From Camelus dromedarius (lineage: Eukaryota): a stretch of DNA of 64,000 nt. This document shows, one piece after another, positions 1-14,640 of the stretch (positions are counted from its first letter, which is position 1; every line of letters starts with the position of its first letter). A program made the position numbers and the translations under genes. Location of the stretch: the NCBI RefSeq assembly GCF_036321535.1, contig NC_087436.1:12524001-12588000 (forward strand), written 5' to 3'. The notes beneath the pieces are model-generated. The model was not told where the DNA came from and did no database searches. It saw only the letters and a program-made list of their open reading frames with translations.

Positions 1-2607
1 CTACTTCACAGCACGTGTGATCGGATGCTTCACGGGTTAGGACAGAAATCCAAATCTCAAAAACCCCTCAGTCTGAGGCTGTAATTTCTTAAGGTGGTGA
101 CTTTACAACCACACACATCTACTGGATGGGACTCAGGTCTCAGTTCCGGCCATGCCCAGGTGAGGTCAGTGTGGGGGTCCCAGAGGAGGCCTCTCTGCCT
201 CGCCCTTCCTCTCCTGCCGTCTGCAACATGCCGGGTGAGCACTTCCTATTCACAGGCCTTCTCCTCTCTGCCTGAGAGCAGAGATGAGCCCCGAGTATTG
301 TGCAGGAAGGAGGGGGACAAAATTCTTTTAGTCGCACTTTGCCTTTTGAAAAAAAAATCTTTTTTGACTGAGTGTTCTTCAAATGGATTTCCCCCTTAAA
401 CTAAAAAGACATAGTTCTACTTTTTTTCCCCCCAAATTGTCATTTCTCCCTCCTAATCATACTCATCAATCATAAAATATGATTCTGGCTTCTTAGAAAC
501 ACTAACACTTCAAGTGACTGATGTACCCAACTAAAGTAAAAGTCAGAAGTCTATTTGATTCATCCAACTAATAAAGAACTACTGATATGTCATGTTTAAT
601 ATTGATTTTTGCTTAATGTTTCTATGAATTAGATTCTTTTGTTTCTGTAACAAAAGCATTCAAGAAGTACTTTTGAAATAAAAACTTGGAAAATAATTTT
701 AAAATGCTTAGCAAAGTATCTTTTTAAAAATGAGAAATGAACTGAGGGATTTTTAACTGGTCCCAATTTTGGCTCATATTGCAAATCATTTTTTTTTTTT
801 ACTTTATTGATAAACATCAAACGTTTTATTTATCCAGCACTGTGCAAGCCAGAATGTGAAAATTTCCTCATAAATGTGAAGCTCTTATGTTTTCACCATT
901 TGACTTGCCTATGATTTGTGCTTGGTTAATATTTAAAATATATAGCAAGAGTGTGCCCAAAGCAGAAATAGTAGAAAGGCTCTATGAGACATTTGGAAAC
1001 AGACAAAAAATATACCTCAGACCCTCAAGTCACTCCCTCGTGGTAACTAGCCCTCACCCATCATGGCGGTCTCTCCAGGAAGGAAGAGACGGGAGCTGTC
1101 CCTGGGTTGCAGAAGGTACAATTTAGATTTTGGAACAGGAGCTGAGACCAGCATGCATTTCAAGGTCAGAAGCCTATTTTAACTTAAGTGCAAGCCTTAT
1201 AATTTGCTCCAGGTATAAAATTGCCTTGTTATGCTTCAAATTTTTAGCTACCAGTAACTACTTTATAAGTTGAGAGGGTTAAATTTGAAGGATGCATTTG
1301 AAAATATTACTTATTAAAGCTCTCTTTTATTTTGCCTGCTGTAAATTCCATTTCCATTTAAATGGAAGCAGAAGCAAATTGCTTTCGTGATGCTCTTCCT
1401 ATTTGTGTTTCTATGGAAATAGTCTTGATGAGGAAGGGGAAAGCTGAAATCAAAAGCCTTATAACTGAGCAGAGAGTAACCGAGGGTGTTTTATTGAGCA
1501 GTCAGCCAGATTTCATGCAATCCAAGGTAACATGATGTTCAAGCAGCCCAGACTTACAGAAATGAGTACTCATGTCCCCACTTTTCTTCTCCCAGAGCTA
1601 TTTGACCTCTCATATTTTCCTGACTACACCTTAACCAAGGTCTGTCAAACACAAGAACCCCACAGCCTTGACTTACGGACCCTCACTGCTTGGTATAGCC
1701 CTCATGGGATCTGGCTTTCTAATATTGCTCTGTTAAGTAATACTCAAAATATGATGCTTGCTTTAAAGTATGTGCTTAAGAGAAAAGGAACCTTTGGGGA
1801 TATTACTGAGGGAGAGCAGACCAAAAAGAAAAAATAAATAAAATGTGAAGCAGAATTTCAGAGTAGATAATTATTCATATGACTTTTGCTTTTATATCCC
1901 AACCATTTCTTAATAACCCACATTTGAATTAAATATGTCAGATCCACACTGCCCGTATTCTGTGAAGAACCATTATATACAAAACCTATTACTAAAAACT
2001 TCCTTTACTAAAAACCATGTCCATCAGCTGCTATCAATTTCAATACCCTTTTGATTTCAAAATGGCTAAGATTTTGGCAAAAACACTAATGCAGTCTCTT
2101 TTATGACAGGAATTTGACATCTGTGGCTGCACAGGAACAAATTACACTAGTATTTTCTTCAAAGTTTTGATGCTAGGGAAATGCACTTGTTATATATTCA
2201 TGGAACAAAATTAGAAAAATCTCAGTCTAAAAGAAGCCCACAAGACTGTATGAATATTAAACAATACTTTATTCAAAACAGAATAATTTACAACAAAATG
2301 TATTACAAAATTTGAGATGGCAATGTTGATGTTATTCTCTTAGTTGTTTGACATGAAAGATATGTGGCATATCATGTACGAACCGGTACCTCCAAACTTC
2401 GGGATCAGCATAAGAATGAATCTGTATGCTAGTGCAGATTGCCTAAAATTTCTCTGATTTCCTCAGTTCCAAGCACTCTACTACTATTTCCATACCTAGC
2501 AATAAGGAGGGATTGAGTAATTGGTCACACAGAGGTTAGAATTTCTTTTAAATGTATTATAATTGTAAAGCAGTATATTATGGTATTACTTGGGATGATA
2601 ATCAAGG

Positions 2608-2648
2608 GAGGAGAAAGAGAGAAAGGAATTAAAGAGAAGGAATTAAAG

Positions 2649-2729
<81 letters not shown>

Positions 2730-2783
2730 GAAGGAAGGAAGGAAGGAAGGAAGGAAGGAAGGAAGGAAGGAAGGAAGGAAGGA

Positions 2784-2855
<72 letters not shown>

Positions 2856-3242
2856 GAAAGAAAGAAAGAAAGAAAGAAAGAAGGAAGGAAGGAAGGAAGG
2901 AAGGAAGGAAGGAAGGAAGGAGGAAGGAAGGAGGGAGGAAGGAAGGAGGGAGGAAGGAAGGAGGAAGGAAGGAAGGAGGAAAGAAGGAAGGAGGAAAGAA
3001 AGAAAGAAAGAAAAAGAAAAAAGAAAGAAAGAAAAAGGAAGGAAGGAAGAAAGAAAGGGAGGAAGAAAGAAGGAACGAGAAAGAGGGAGGAAAGGAGGAA
3101 GGAAGGAAGGAAGGAAAAAAGAAAAGAAAAATAGGGAAAGAGAAAGAGGAAGAGAGAGAACCGAGGAAAGAGAAGGAAAGGAAGTGTAACGGGGAGAAGA
3201 ATGGCATGAATTATGCTAGTGAGGGAAAGAAAGGAAGGTAAG
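2608..3242 (+). repeat. Compound purine microsatellite (GAAA)n/(GGAA)n with degenerate GA-rich flanks
   Basis: Directly visible ~630 bp tract that is almost all A and G. Confidence 0.98.
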
Positions 3243-4599
3243 AAATGTGGAGATCACTGAGCCAATAACTGGTTTGGAATGGAAGGAAAAATGAATGTAA
3301 CCAGAAGCTATCTGATCAATTTTCCTTCTGTGTATTGACCATAGGACTAGTGTGACTTAGCATTACCTGAGAGCCAGATGCAGATAAGTGAGAAGGGACA
3401 GACAGGAAAGGTTAGGAGAGAGGGAGAGAAGAACCCCAGTAGGACAGCAGTGTCTCTTCAGCATGTCCTGGTCATCTGTGTTTCTGCTGATGGACAAACA
3501 AGGGGCATACTCACCAGACCTATTGAAATATGGTCTCTTTGGATACTGGGTATACTTGTGGACTATGATGAGTATCATGGGTTAAAAAATGAGACAAGAA
3601 TAGCCAACACAGTTGTGCAATATATGCCACAAAAACACAACCACAGTAACATTTGGACCGTCAATCCGATTGTACGTTTCAGATCATTCGTTAAAACAAA
3701 AATATGACAAATACTTATGGTGACCATTCATTCTGTGTCTCAGGCCGCCAGGGGATAAGAATACTCAGCAGACTAAAAGAGCATTAATTAACTTGAAAAA
3801 CTCTTTTGAAATACATTATACAACTTTCCTGAGGGGTTAACACTTCCTTAATCTTTCTTATCATTTGCATAGTCATTACAAGTTGCTGATCAGATGTGAC
3901 TGGCTGCCAAAAGACAAAGAACCAAAACCAAACCAAAACAAAACAAAAAGATCCAAACCCTGAACTTTACAAGAGTAATAGATCACTGAAAGCTAGCCAG
4001 AAAATTCCATTGGGACCACTTTCCATTGGGAGACATGTAACACAGCTGCTTTCAGTCCAGTCCCAAGGTAGAAGGATGCTGAAGCTGTCGGCTCCTGTGA
4101 AGCATTCCTGTCTCTTCCCTGGACTCTTTCCCACGCAATCCGGGGGCCACCTCTTGCTTTCCTCCTAAGTGGACCTACCAGGACACACGGGTGTCTTGTG
4201 GAAAGACTGTTGATATGCAGCATATCCTATTTCTTCACTCCTTTGTCTAAGGGGTCTAGAGGAAGCGGTGGACAAAGAGAAGGATGTGTGTGAAGTGTGG
4301 TACTGTTAGGTACAGGACAGATATGTGGATGACTAGACAGCAAAGTGATGTTCTGTTGAAGAGGCACAGTGGATTCAGGCATGGACGAGGGCTGAGGATT
4401 CTGCTCTAGACATCGAAGGGACGGAAAAGCCAAAGGGTCCAAGTGGGAGTTCCTTGAGGAATGGGCAGCAAAAGATGGTGAGGAGCATCTGGAAAGCCTT
4501 TTCTTTAACCTAATTGTCACTTTGCAGGTAGGAAGAGGAAACACATGGTGATGGTTACCTTTGTTGGAAAGTAATATTTTTATTTCAGTACCAGCCAGC

Positions 4600-4800
4600 A
4601 TTATTTATCAGGTGCTGTCTCAGGGTCTGGTGATGCAGTAGTGAATAAGATATAATCACCGATCCTTGGAGCTGCTTTACAGTTGGGGAAGATAAACAAT
4701 AAACAAATATATATATATATATATCATATCAGAGACAGAAGTACTGGGAATAAAAGTAAGACAGGATAAAGGGATATGGAAAGAGTAATGGAGAAGCTTT
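4600..4800 (-). mobile_element. L2 LINE 3' fragment containing a short (TA)n
   Basis: attatttatcaggtgctgtc...gtgaataagatataatc...ccttggagctgc...ggggaagataaacaataaacaaa resembles the L2 3' end. Confidence 0.55.
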
Positions 4801-5217
4801 AGGTGAGTAAGCCTTGAAGTGCTCAGACTGCTGAAAGTCACCCCACATCGCTGGGGCTCAGGGTGGCAGGGCAGGCTTAGAGGAGGCTGGGAGTGAATGG
4901 TAGAGGATAAGGCTGAAGAAGGCCCTTGGTCCTGGGAAACCCTTGTTCAAGCAACTTAGCCTTGTCTCAGACAGTGGGGATGGACTTTTCCACTTTAAAA
5001 GTTACCAATAAAAAGAGAGAAAAAGTAATAATACTAGAAAAGAATTTTAATTTAAAAATTCATCAGAAAAGGACTGCAAGTAAATTAAAGGTACAATTAA
5101 ATTCTTGTTTTATGGGGGCAGTCTTTCCTTTTCTGAAATGATTTTTTTGTTTTGAATTCTTTTTTGATATGTTACTTTCTCTCTCTCCCTCCCTCTCTCA
5201 ACTCTTAAAATAGAAAA

Positions 5218-5420
5218 GGTAGGTCACAAAACAAGTCTTAACAAATTGAAGAAGACTGAAATCATACCAACTATATTTTCTGATCACAGGAATGAAACTA
5301 TAAATCTGTGGCAGAAGGAAAACTGAAAATTTCACAAATATGTGGAAATGAAGTAATATAAATATGAACACTATTAGGTTAAAGAAAATTTTAAAAAGAA
5401 ATTTAAAAACACCTTGATGT
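5218..5420 (+). mobile_element. Old L1 ORF2 fragment (end of endonuclease region)
   Basis: ggtcacaaaacaagtcttaacaaattgaagaagactgaaatcatacc...ttctgatcac gives GHKTSLNKLKKTEII...SDH, an L1 ORF2 motif. Confidence 0.85.
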
Positions 5421-7604
5421 GTTTGTGGACCTTAGAGGTAGAAATGAATAACAGATGGCTGGAAATTTAGGCCCCAAACTGAGTATAACTGCATTGTTAA
5501 ATTAGTGCAACCATGTCATATATGAGAGAATTTTAGCTAATAGAATTATTTTGTCAGTATAAAAATAGTGATTTATGTTGTCTATTTTTTGCAATGTTAT
5601 CATCATTTTTGCCAGGCAAAGAGTGTGAAGATATAAACTCTAAAATAGATTGCCCTAACATTCCGAAATGTCTGAAATTAAGACAGTCCTACATTAGGTA
5701 TGACAGTTTGAAGGATATCACGGTACACTGTTTACCAGGAGGCCAGCATCCTTCTGACTGTCGCGTTTCTTTAGGCAACGTATCACGCAAACAAACCTGA
5801 GCGCTCTTTGTGCTCCGGGCCCTGTTAGACCAGCGCTTCAGTTGATCAGATCACCAAAACAATCTAAACACTTCAAAATGCTCTCTCCTGTCGGTGGAGG
5901 ACAAGTCTTCTCCTTATCTCTCCACATTCCTGCTGGGACTCAGAAGGCAAGAAACTTCTGGCCAAATTTCCACCTCCCGGAGAAGTGCTGGGGAAGCCAT
6001 GCACCCTCCGTACTGGGAGAGGAAGGCACCTGAGTTGAGGTGAGTTACATTATGCAGGAGGACCGAGTTAGAAAAGCAGACTACTGCTTATGAAGCATAA
6101 AAGTATAGCTTTTTAGGACTCGTTTCTTTATTTTTTTTCCTTATGAACAACAGCTTTGCCTTGTTCTCAGTCTGGGCATTTCCAGGTGTGATATGCATCT
6201 TTCCTTGTGCACTCTGTCCGCTTGTCCCCTGGCTGTGACGGGCTTTTAGGTGAGTGATGAGAGGTGCACGGGAGCTCAGCCTGCTTGCTGTCAGCAACGC
6301 CAGTGGCTCACGTGGTGCCCAGATGCCTAGGCTAGTAAAAGGGTGAGCAGCCCGGCTGTCGTCGATCAGGGAACGTTCCCTGTATTATCCCCAGGCTGCG
6401 GGGTAACAAGCCTGTTCCTTAAACAAACCCATTCCATTTTCTCAGTTCAAAACATTTCCTATTTTCCTCCATTTTCCCTCTAGCCTTCCAAATATTTAGT
6501 TTTCTGGGAGAGTAAAGCAAATAAACTTTCTGCCCAACCCAATCCTGCCCGTTTCTCAGGACCAGCTTGTCTCCCCTTTTAAGGATTGTCTCCCCGAATC
6601 CTGCCCCAGATTGCTTCTCCATGCTGCAGCAGCTCTTCTGACTGCCTCTCCCCAGTGACCCTTGAATTACTGATAACAATCATTTCTTCTGTGACCGGTT
6701 TTGTTGAGGACTCTCCCCACATTGGGGTACAGATATGAAGGTTTTTCCAAAGAGCAACTGTGCTCTGCCCCCCCCCACCAGCCTCCTGCCACAGAGCTGA
6801 TTCCATCATGATATCCTGACCTGCTTCCTTCAACTTCCACTTTCTTCCTAGTACCGACTGTTGCATTTTAGTTACTAAGACTTAGTCCTGGTCGTTTTTA
6901 AACTTCAATCTCGTATCTCCGTCAGTCAGTTTCCAAAATCCCGCCCTCCTTCACCTCACCTGTGGAGGACTGAATTGCAGTGGAGCTGGGAGAGGCGCAG
7001 AAATGACCTGCTCTTAGGAAAGAGCTCCTTTCTTCCTTACATGCATTGCCCCGGCATTGGGAAGGGGAGTGGAAAAGCCATTTTCTTTCATGGTAAGTTG
7101 ACTCCTTTGGCTTGACTGTCCTTTTCTTTGTTGGTTGTAAGAAACCTTATGTTAATGGTGGTGGTTCTTCTTCTGTTTATAATCACACTGACCTGGATTA
7201 TTGTTCTCAGGCCCACAGGCATGAGTGGAAGCCCCAGAAGACCTTGTCAACAGGGTACTGAATTCCACAGAGACTATTTCCATAGAATCAGTGGTCCCTT
7301 GCACTACTGAGCTACATTTTCAGGCTGGTCCAACCAGCTGCCCCATGCCCCATTCCTCCAGCATTTGAACTTATTGCCCCACACTGTGTTGGTCCCAGTG
7401 AACGTACATCTTGGTCTCATTCATTCCTTATTACCCTAATTCTCAGGCTGTGGGAGCAGTTCCATAGTTCCAGACTATTTGGGAATATAAATTCAAGAGG
7501 GTAGTCTCTGCCTGACCATACTGAGCTTTCTGCAATTCTGGGAGCCTGTGAGCAAGTCAACAAGACTGACAACTGAGTGGACATCCAGACTGAGAATATA
7601 ACAT

Positions 7605-8098
7605 TGTGGCAGAGAGAATAATAGCTCCCCAAAGATGTTCACATCCTTATCCCCAAACCTGTGAATATGTTACTTTACAAGGCAAAAGGAATTAGCAGAT
7701 GCTATGCAGTTAATGATTTTAAGATGAGAAGATTATCCTGGATTATCTGAACAGGTCCAGTAAAATCACAAGGACCCTAATAAGGTGGAGGCAAGAGGGT
7801 CAAAGTTGTGAGAAAAGATGTAAAGGACAATGACAGCAGAGGTTGGAGATAAGCCCTTTGAGGATGAAAGAAGGGGCCAGATGCCAGAATGGTGGGCTCT
7901 ACGTTCTGGAGAGAGAAGGAAAAGTTAGGAAATTTATTCTCCTCCAGATCCTCCAGAAGGGATGCAGTTCTGCTGACAGCTTGATTTTTAGTCCCTAAGA
8001 CCCATTTTGGACTCCTGACCTCCAAGACTGTAAGATAATGAATAATTTGTTAAATAAAAAATAGATAATTTGTGTGTCTTACACCACAAATTTTGTGG
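7605..8098 (+). mobile_element. MaLR solo LTR (MLT1, probably MLT1D-like)
   Basis: tgtggcag...cccccaaagatgttcacatcc...cctgtgaatatgttactttaca...gattatcctggattatc...tgacctccaagactgtaagataat. Confidence 0.85.
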
Positions 8099-8513
8099 TC
8101 TCGGCTAAGATGTCTATCAACTAAGTGCACTCTTGTCCCAAGAGGTGGTGAGGGGGACAGATGCAGACAGCTTCTCTTTAAGAACACTTCCCTCTCCACA
8201 GAAGGTGGTCTCTCCTAATTCCCTGGTGCCTTCTTATTCCATGCTCAGAGCCTCCTTAGCATCTGGTGCAGAACTGGCATCTCAGTCAAGATCTGACTCT
8301 TCTCCAAGCTGAGCTCAGGAAGTCCATAATTTTGTTCTCAACAGGCTCCTACTCCTTTTGTATTCCCTATTCATCTTGTCACCTTTGGGAGCAAGAAAGA
8401 AGAATCTCAACAGATACCTCACAGCATCTTGTTACACTGTTTCCACTTATCCCATGACTAAGCGTTATTCAAAAGAATTAAGACCCAGCATCACATTTAA
8501 CCATCATTAAAAC

Positions 8514-8830
8514 CAGTGATGGGCTGGTAAATGTTTAACAATTGGAGAAGAGAGGACGGCTGGATGGGAGGGAGGGTACTGATTTGTAGCATTTGTCCCT
8601 CTCCATGGCACAGATATCCCACTGTCGCCGATTTCAAGCTATTACATCAGTGCACATGGAGTTGGGAAGAGATGTGTGGTAGCAGGAAATTATATAGAAT
8701 TTCTATCCTGGTGATACAATAATAAAGTAAATAGCCTCATGAACACAGATAATAGTAAAATATAATCAAATAATCAGGAAGTGATCAGTTTTGATATTTA
8801 TTGCCCTTTTATGATTTAATTGCAAGTTAC
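8514..8830. mobile_element. hAT-Tip100 DNA transposon remnant (Arthur1/MER63-like)
   Basis: cagtgatgggctggtaaatgtttaacaa...gatttcaagcta...aatagcctcatgaacacagataatagtaaaat. Related remnants lie at ~10523-10635 and ~20742-20890. Confidence 0.6.
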
Positions 8831-10199
8831 ATGTGTATATATGTATATATGTATGTATATTCGACCTCATAATATTTCTGAGCTATCAATATCTCCACTT
8901 TATGGATGTTGAGCCCAAAAAGAAATTAAATCTTGCCTAATAAAGGGCTGTTTTCATATTGTAGATTCTTGGGTACAATTTAAATCAGTCAAGCAATAGA
9001 GAGAAAATATTAGAGTTCTCAAATGGGGAGAAAATGTGTTTAGCTACATTACCACAGCACTTAGGGGCCACTTTTCCTATTAATATTAGATTTTAAGAGG
9101 TTTTTCATGCTTCTTAACATTTCTAATGGGATGTCTAGCTGACCTCCAGTGTCTCTGGTTGTAAAATCATATGGTTTCTAACGTAATCAGCAACAGAAAT
9201 GAGCTGCACTCCAGGTATTTATCAGAGAGTATAACCCCAAACTCACAGTCACTGTATATTTATCAGAAGCTTAGCTGAGAGTACTTATGAATGGCTCCCC
9301 GAAAGATATGTAATAGAGTGTAACCAATTCCTTATTAATTCCGTCTTCCTCATTAAGACATAATTTTATGAAGTTTAGCAAAAAAGATGAAAAAATATAT
9401 CATGTCATATTGTCTTGTATTACATTATACAGTATTTTTATATGAATAAATAATTTTGTTTTGTTTGTCTAATAAAATAAAATCTTCTGCCCATGTTAAT
9501 GGATGAATTCTAAGAGGGGTGGTTATGCCAGGCAGCCCACGAAAGCTGTTCTTGTTTTGAACATGAATTATCAAACTTTCATAAAACCAAAAAGAGATAT
9601 TCATGGAAATTAAGAAGTCAGATCTATCCATATCCAACAGATGGCATCACCAGTCATTTGTGTAAGTGTCACAGTGGACTAAGTAAATATAAAAGAGGCT
9701 CTTTGAACCATTTTTATTTGTAAATGGGGGAATTGCTATCTCATTCTTTGGCACATTGTGTGTCAAATTATTTCCAGATAGTTCATTATTTGGGTTGCCT
9801 GTCTCATATCGTATGCTATAAATGTAAGTGTGATTGCAGAAAATGTCTATAACAAGAGAATTGATAATCTTTTAATGCAGAACTAGAAAATATTTTATGT
9901 TGCTAACACAATTTTAAAAAGCTGCTATAGGAGTGTTTGAAATAATGTATTTGAAGCGTTGACTGAAGGAAGATTTTTTAAAGAAATGTTGACTTGTTCA
10001 TCGTTTCCACAAGTATTTAATGATACCTGCAACGTGTCAAACACCATGACACCCACTTCTTGCAGAAAGACTTTTGCTTTGAGTGGATTTCATTGCCTTC
10101 TGTTATACTTCTTTTGTCTATTTTTGTTTTGTTTTGTTTTGTAAACTTTCATCCTGTTGATTTATTTTTAATTTAGGAGCTTATTTGCTTACTTTTTTG

Positions 10200-10525
10200 T
10201 TATTTTTAACTTTTTATTGAAGGATGTAATACACACAGAAGCATATGAAACTCATAAGAGTACATGTGTATGAAATTTCAAAAAGTGGACACATCCATGA
10301 TGCCATGGCACCTAGATCAAGAAATAGAATCCTACCAACACCATTGGAAGCCCACCACATACTCCTCCCATTCACCACCCTTCCCCCAAATGGTAGTCAT
10401 TTATCCTTACCTCTACAAATACAGATCAGGTTGGCCTTTCTTTGTGGTTTACATATAAATGGAATCATATTCTCTACACTCTTTAGCTTTATTTGCTCGA
10501 CATTCTATTTGAGAAATTCATCCAG
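10200..10525 (-). mobile_element. Old L1M 3' UTR fragment
   Basis: ttttattgaa...cacacagaagcat...acatataaatggaatcatattc...attctatttgagaaattcatcca. Confidence 0.7.
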
Positions 10526-11599
10526 TGGTATGCTGGCAGAGTTTTAACAATTGAATGACTTCAAACTATCAGCAAGAAGTCACTGATCACAGAGCTGGGA
10601 AGTGAGCTGGCACCAGGCAAGTCCAGTGCAACAGGGAAATCGTCCATGTTGTTGCAAGTTCATTGTCATGATTACAATTCCCCAAAAGTTACTGTACTTA
10701 ATTTCACATGCCAATGTATATTGTCCTCAAAAACCTCAGATCTAACGAATCCCTGTGGGAAGTTATTAGCTAGCTGTCATTTTTCTTCTTGTAGTTTTCT
10801 AGCTGCCTCATATATAAATGAAGGCAGATCTAGAACATTTTCTGGAACATTTGGGAGGTTCATTCTCCAGGACTTTATAAACCAAATCCAACTGTTTCAC
10901 AGTCACAGGTCTCACTTCTCACTGGGGCTTATACATGCATTCTCACATTAAACAGCTAATTTAAACATGCAGTTTTTTTAAAAAGTGCCTATGGAAAGAC
11001 AATCTGAATTGTGAGCTCTGACTCCCACCCATTTCTTTATATTGCAAGCTCTGTGCACTTGAACCCGTCTTTGCTGGGTCTAGAATGAAGACTATCCTGT
11101 TTTTGAAGGGAAACATTTTATCTCTAACATATTAGAGGATTAACAGACACTATATAAATATGGACAAGTAATTTGACTTCTACTGCAAATTATTTTTGAA
11201 ACATTTGCTCATGATGCTGCACAATGTTCTCTGTATGAAGATCTACTGGAAAGATTTCTCTTTGGGTTGTACTAATTGCGTGTCCCTCTTTTTGCATGGA
11301 CTGCCAGAATCTTTAGGACAAATCAGTGGTCCACCTCTAGCTAAGTAACAGGAACTTGCAGCCTACATTTTGTATTCAAACTTCACTCCTGTCTCCATTA
11401 CTACACACTCAGGCAAGTGTAGCTGGGGGAAATACTTATTATAGGAAAGGAATAAAACAACCTGAAATGCTGGTGCCTTGAAGAAGGGTTGGCTGTTTGG
11501 ATGTCATGGAATAAAGCTGATCATGACTTAGCCAAGCAGTACCATTATTAACATTACAAAATTAAATTCTTCAAAGGGCAAGTGGTTACCAAAATGGTA

Positions 11600-11960
11600 T
11601 TTAGAACCCTGATATGACCTTGCATCAAACAGAGCCTTCACAGAGTGCCAACTAGTGGGCCTAATTTTGAAGAAAGATATGAAGATTTGGGGAAGGATAC
11701 AAGAAAAACAATAAAGATGACCAAGTTTAAAAATGATTGAAGTGTAGTTGATTTACAATGTTAGTTTCAGGTGTACAGCAAAGTGATTCTGTTATACATA
11801 TACATACATATACATATATTCTTTTTACATTATTTTCAATTATGTTTTGGGGGGAGGAAATATCTAATTTTTAAAAGGCTAAAAGGGTGTGTCAGTTATG
11901 CCTAGAGAAAAGAAGAAGGCCATGGTATGGTTTTAATAATCATCTCTAATCTTGTGATAT
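11600..11960 (+). mobile_element. CR1/L3 LINE RT 3' remnant, interrupted by an L1 3' end
   Basis: ttttgaagaaagatatgaagatttggggaaggatacaagaaaaacaataaagatgacc...gcctagagaaaagaagaagg resembles the CR1 ORF2 C-terminus. Confidence 0.45.
11726..11845 (-). mobile_element. Lineage-specific L1 3' terminus
   Basis: attgaagtgtagttgatttacaatgttagtttcaggtgtacagcaaagtgattctgttatacata. Confidence 0.85.
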
Positions 11961-14239
11961 GCAATTATAGTAAGATCACAGTGATTTTTAATCCTGCTTC
12001 TTTTCCAGAACTTCATAACAGCGTTACTGGTGGGGGGGGGGGTCTGTTGTTTTGCTTCCTCAGGAAAATTATTTTCTCCCTCCTTGGGACAGAGTGATTC
12101 ACCGAGATGTAATAAAAGCTTCTCATCTCACCTACTGGAGAGATTCTAAGAAATAGGTCCGGTGTTTCTAAGTGGTCCTGCTTTACCACAGAGAGAGGGT
12201 CACCGTGTTTTGTGTGCTTTGCATCCTTGAGGATGGAGATCTAAAGCGGAAGAGGATAATAGCACAGAGGGGCTGGCGGGAAAGACTAGGAGATGGGAGC
12301 ATATCTGATACCATCCCCGACCCATCTCACAGCAGACCCCAGGGCTGGAATGTATGAGCCTGAAAGGGGCAGCCCAAAGGGTCCAGAAGCCCCATACAAC
12401 TAACCCCAGCACGGTGGGGGCCTGGTGACCACGCAGCAGAGCCCCACAGGCCTGGAACCAGCTGCCTGCGCAAACCTCAGGGTCTCTCCTGGCAAGCTGC
12501 TAACCATCAGGTGAGTGGGACTGAGGGTCCCCAGGTTTGAGTCCACACACACCAAGAATTCAGCCTCCCCTTGAGGTCTCGTGCCCACCGTACCCCAGGG
12601 TCAAGGCCCCAAGGGACTTAATTCACGGGGGAGGGAGCATCTCCTGTATGTATGTTTGAAGCTGGACTAGGACACTACGAACTGGAAACAAGGGGAAGCG
12701 AATAGCCCTGTGATAGAAGGGAAGAAGAGCTCTTATAAAAGGGAACCTGTGAACTTAAACATGAAGAAGTTCCTGACATGAGTACAATCAGATGTTAAAG
12801 TGCGTCACAAAGATACAAGTTATTGTTCTTGAAAAGTCTTTAAAAAACAGGCTGCAGGGGTTAGTTTAATGCTACCTCCTGGCAGATAAATACCCTCAGA
12901 TGGTTTCTCCTAGATTTTTCCCCTCACAATTGCTCATTTAAACCAAAAAGAAAAGTATTATGTATTTATATTTCACTTCTTTCCAAAGAAGATTTGAGGT
13001 CACTTATGAGAATACATAGAATATTATAAAAAATAAGAATGCAAAGGAACTGTGGTGAAAGACATAGTCAAGGGGCAGGGGAAGAGAAAGTTAAAACAAT
13101 CAAAAGCAAGGAAGTAGACAGGTCGGCTTTCGCTCTGCGAGGAGAGAGTAAACCATGCCAACAGATGCAGCTGGTCAATTTGTGGCGGTTAAGTTCACTG
13201 CAATGGAGTATTCCTGAAAATTAGCCAGCTGGGGCAGACTGTCTGCAGCACTCTTCAAAGCAATGTCTCACTGCCTTCCTGCCACAGATTAAATACTCAG
13301 AACTACAGTCCTCCAAATAACATGACTTACCAAGGCCCCTAGACACAATTGTCCTGTTTGACCTAAGAATTAATACATACACCCAGAGAGTCACGGGGCA
13401 TGACATAAGCCTCAGTTCCCAGCACAGTCGGTCCAGGCCGTGGGGGGCCCCCGCAGTGCCGTCACAGTGCCCGCCCCTCACCTTATTGTTTCACCTGTCT
13501 TCCTCTCTGCTTGATCTGTCATCCTCTTTTAGAGAGTGGCTTTGATCAACAAACTGCCTTAAAACACAGGCAAACTGAGCAAAGAATATCCAAGAATCTC
13601 TCTTTTTTTTTTTTTTTTTGCTAATAAAGGGAGTGAATGAACAACGAATCAGTAAGAAGAAACTGAATTGCAGACTCACTAGTTTCTGACTGAATCCATC
13701 ACAAAGGGCAGTGGAAACCCCGGGACTGGGCTGGCCTGGGCTGGCATTCATGTATTAGTAAGTTGCTTCCGGTCCTTCTCATCCTTCTGTCCTTTCTCCA
13801 CGTCATGCTGCCTCGGCTCCCAGCAGTGAGCGGATCACCAGGTGCTTCCTCAAGTCTGTTCTGGGGAGCCCCGGTCACAGCAGTCCTCCTGTTTGACATG
13901 CGTCTCTCCTCCTTTCAAATGACCTCAGCCCTGCCCCCTTCTTCAAGACTTATTCCTCCACCACTTCTCCTTCATGTCCACAGCCACCATGCTTAGGATT
14001 TTTACTGAATTCTTAAAGCATTTACTCAGTTCCTCACAATTTAGTTTGTACTCAGCTTTGGCTTTCAACTTTTCTTCAGTTCTTTCATTTATATAAGTCT
14101 CTCCCCTAAAACATCATGAACTCAGCAGAGTTAGGTCCCCACAGCCAGACAAAACCCGTGTCCTGATCAAACACAGCAGGCCCAGAACTTGGCCATGAAC
14201 TGGATAAAAACGTGAGCAAGAAGAACCTCTAATATAATA

Positions 14240-14640
14240 TTAACTAGAAGCGGCAAAGGTAGGCATTGTTCCTGATTGTGGGGGAGAAGCTTTCAGTCTT
14301 TTGCCGTTGAGTGTGTTGTTGGCTGTGGGTTTTTCATGGACGGCCTTTGTCGTGGTGAGGAAATTTCCTTCTATTTCTAGTTTAAGTGTTTCTGTCATGA
14401 AAGGATGTTGAGTTTTGTCAAATTCTTTTATGGCATCAGTTGAGATGATTTTGTTTTTTTCCCTTCATCCTACTCATGTGACAGATTACATTGATTAATT
14501 TTTGTCCGTTGATCCATTCTCAAACTTCAGGAATGAATCCCACTGGGTCATGGGGTGTAACCCTTTTAATGCACTGCTTTGGTTTGCTAGTGTGTTGTTC
14601 AGGATTTTTACATCAATATTTATACAGGATATTTGTAATT
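14240..14640 (-). mobile_element. L1 ORF2 reverse-transcriptase fragment
   Basis: gttcctgattgtgggggagaagctttcagtcttttgccgttgagtgtgttgttggctgtggg...gggtcatggggtgtaacccttttaatgcactgc is typical antisense L1 RT sequence. Confidence 0.9.

Noticed and set aside
2580..3207. Longest ORFs (184 aa +, 192 aa -)
   Set aside because: They are translations of the GAAA/GGAA microsatellite.
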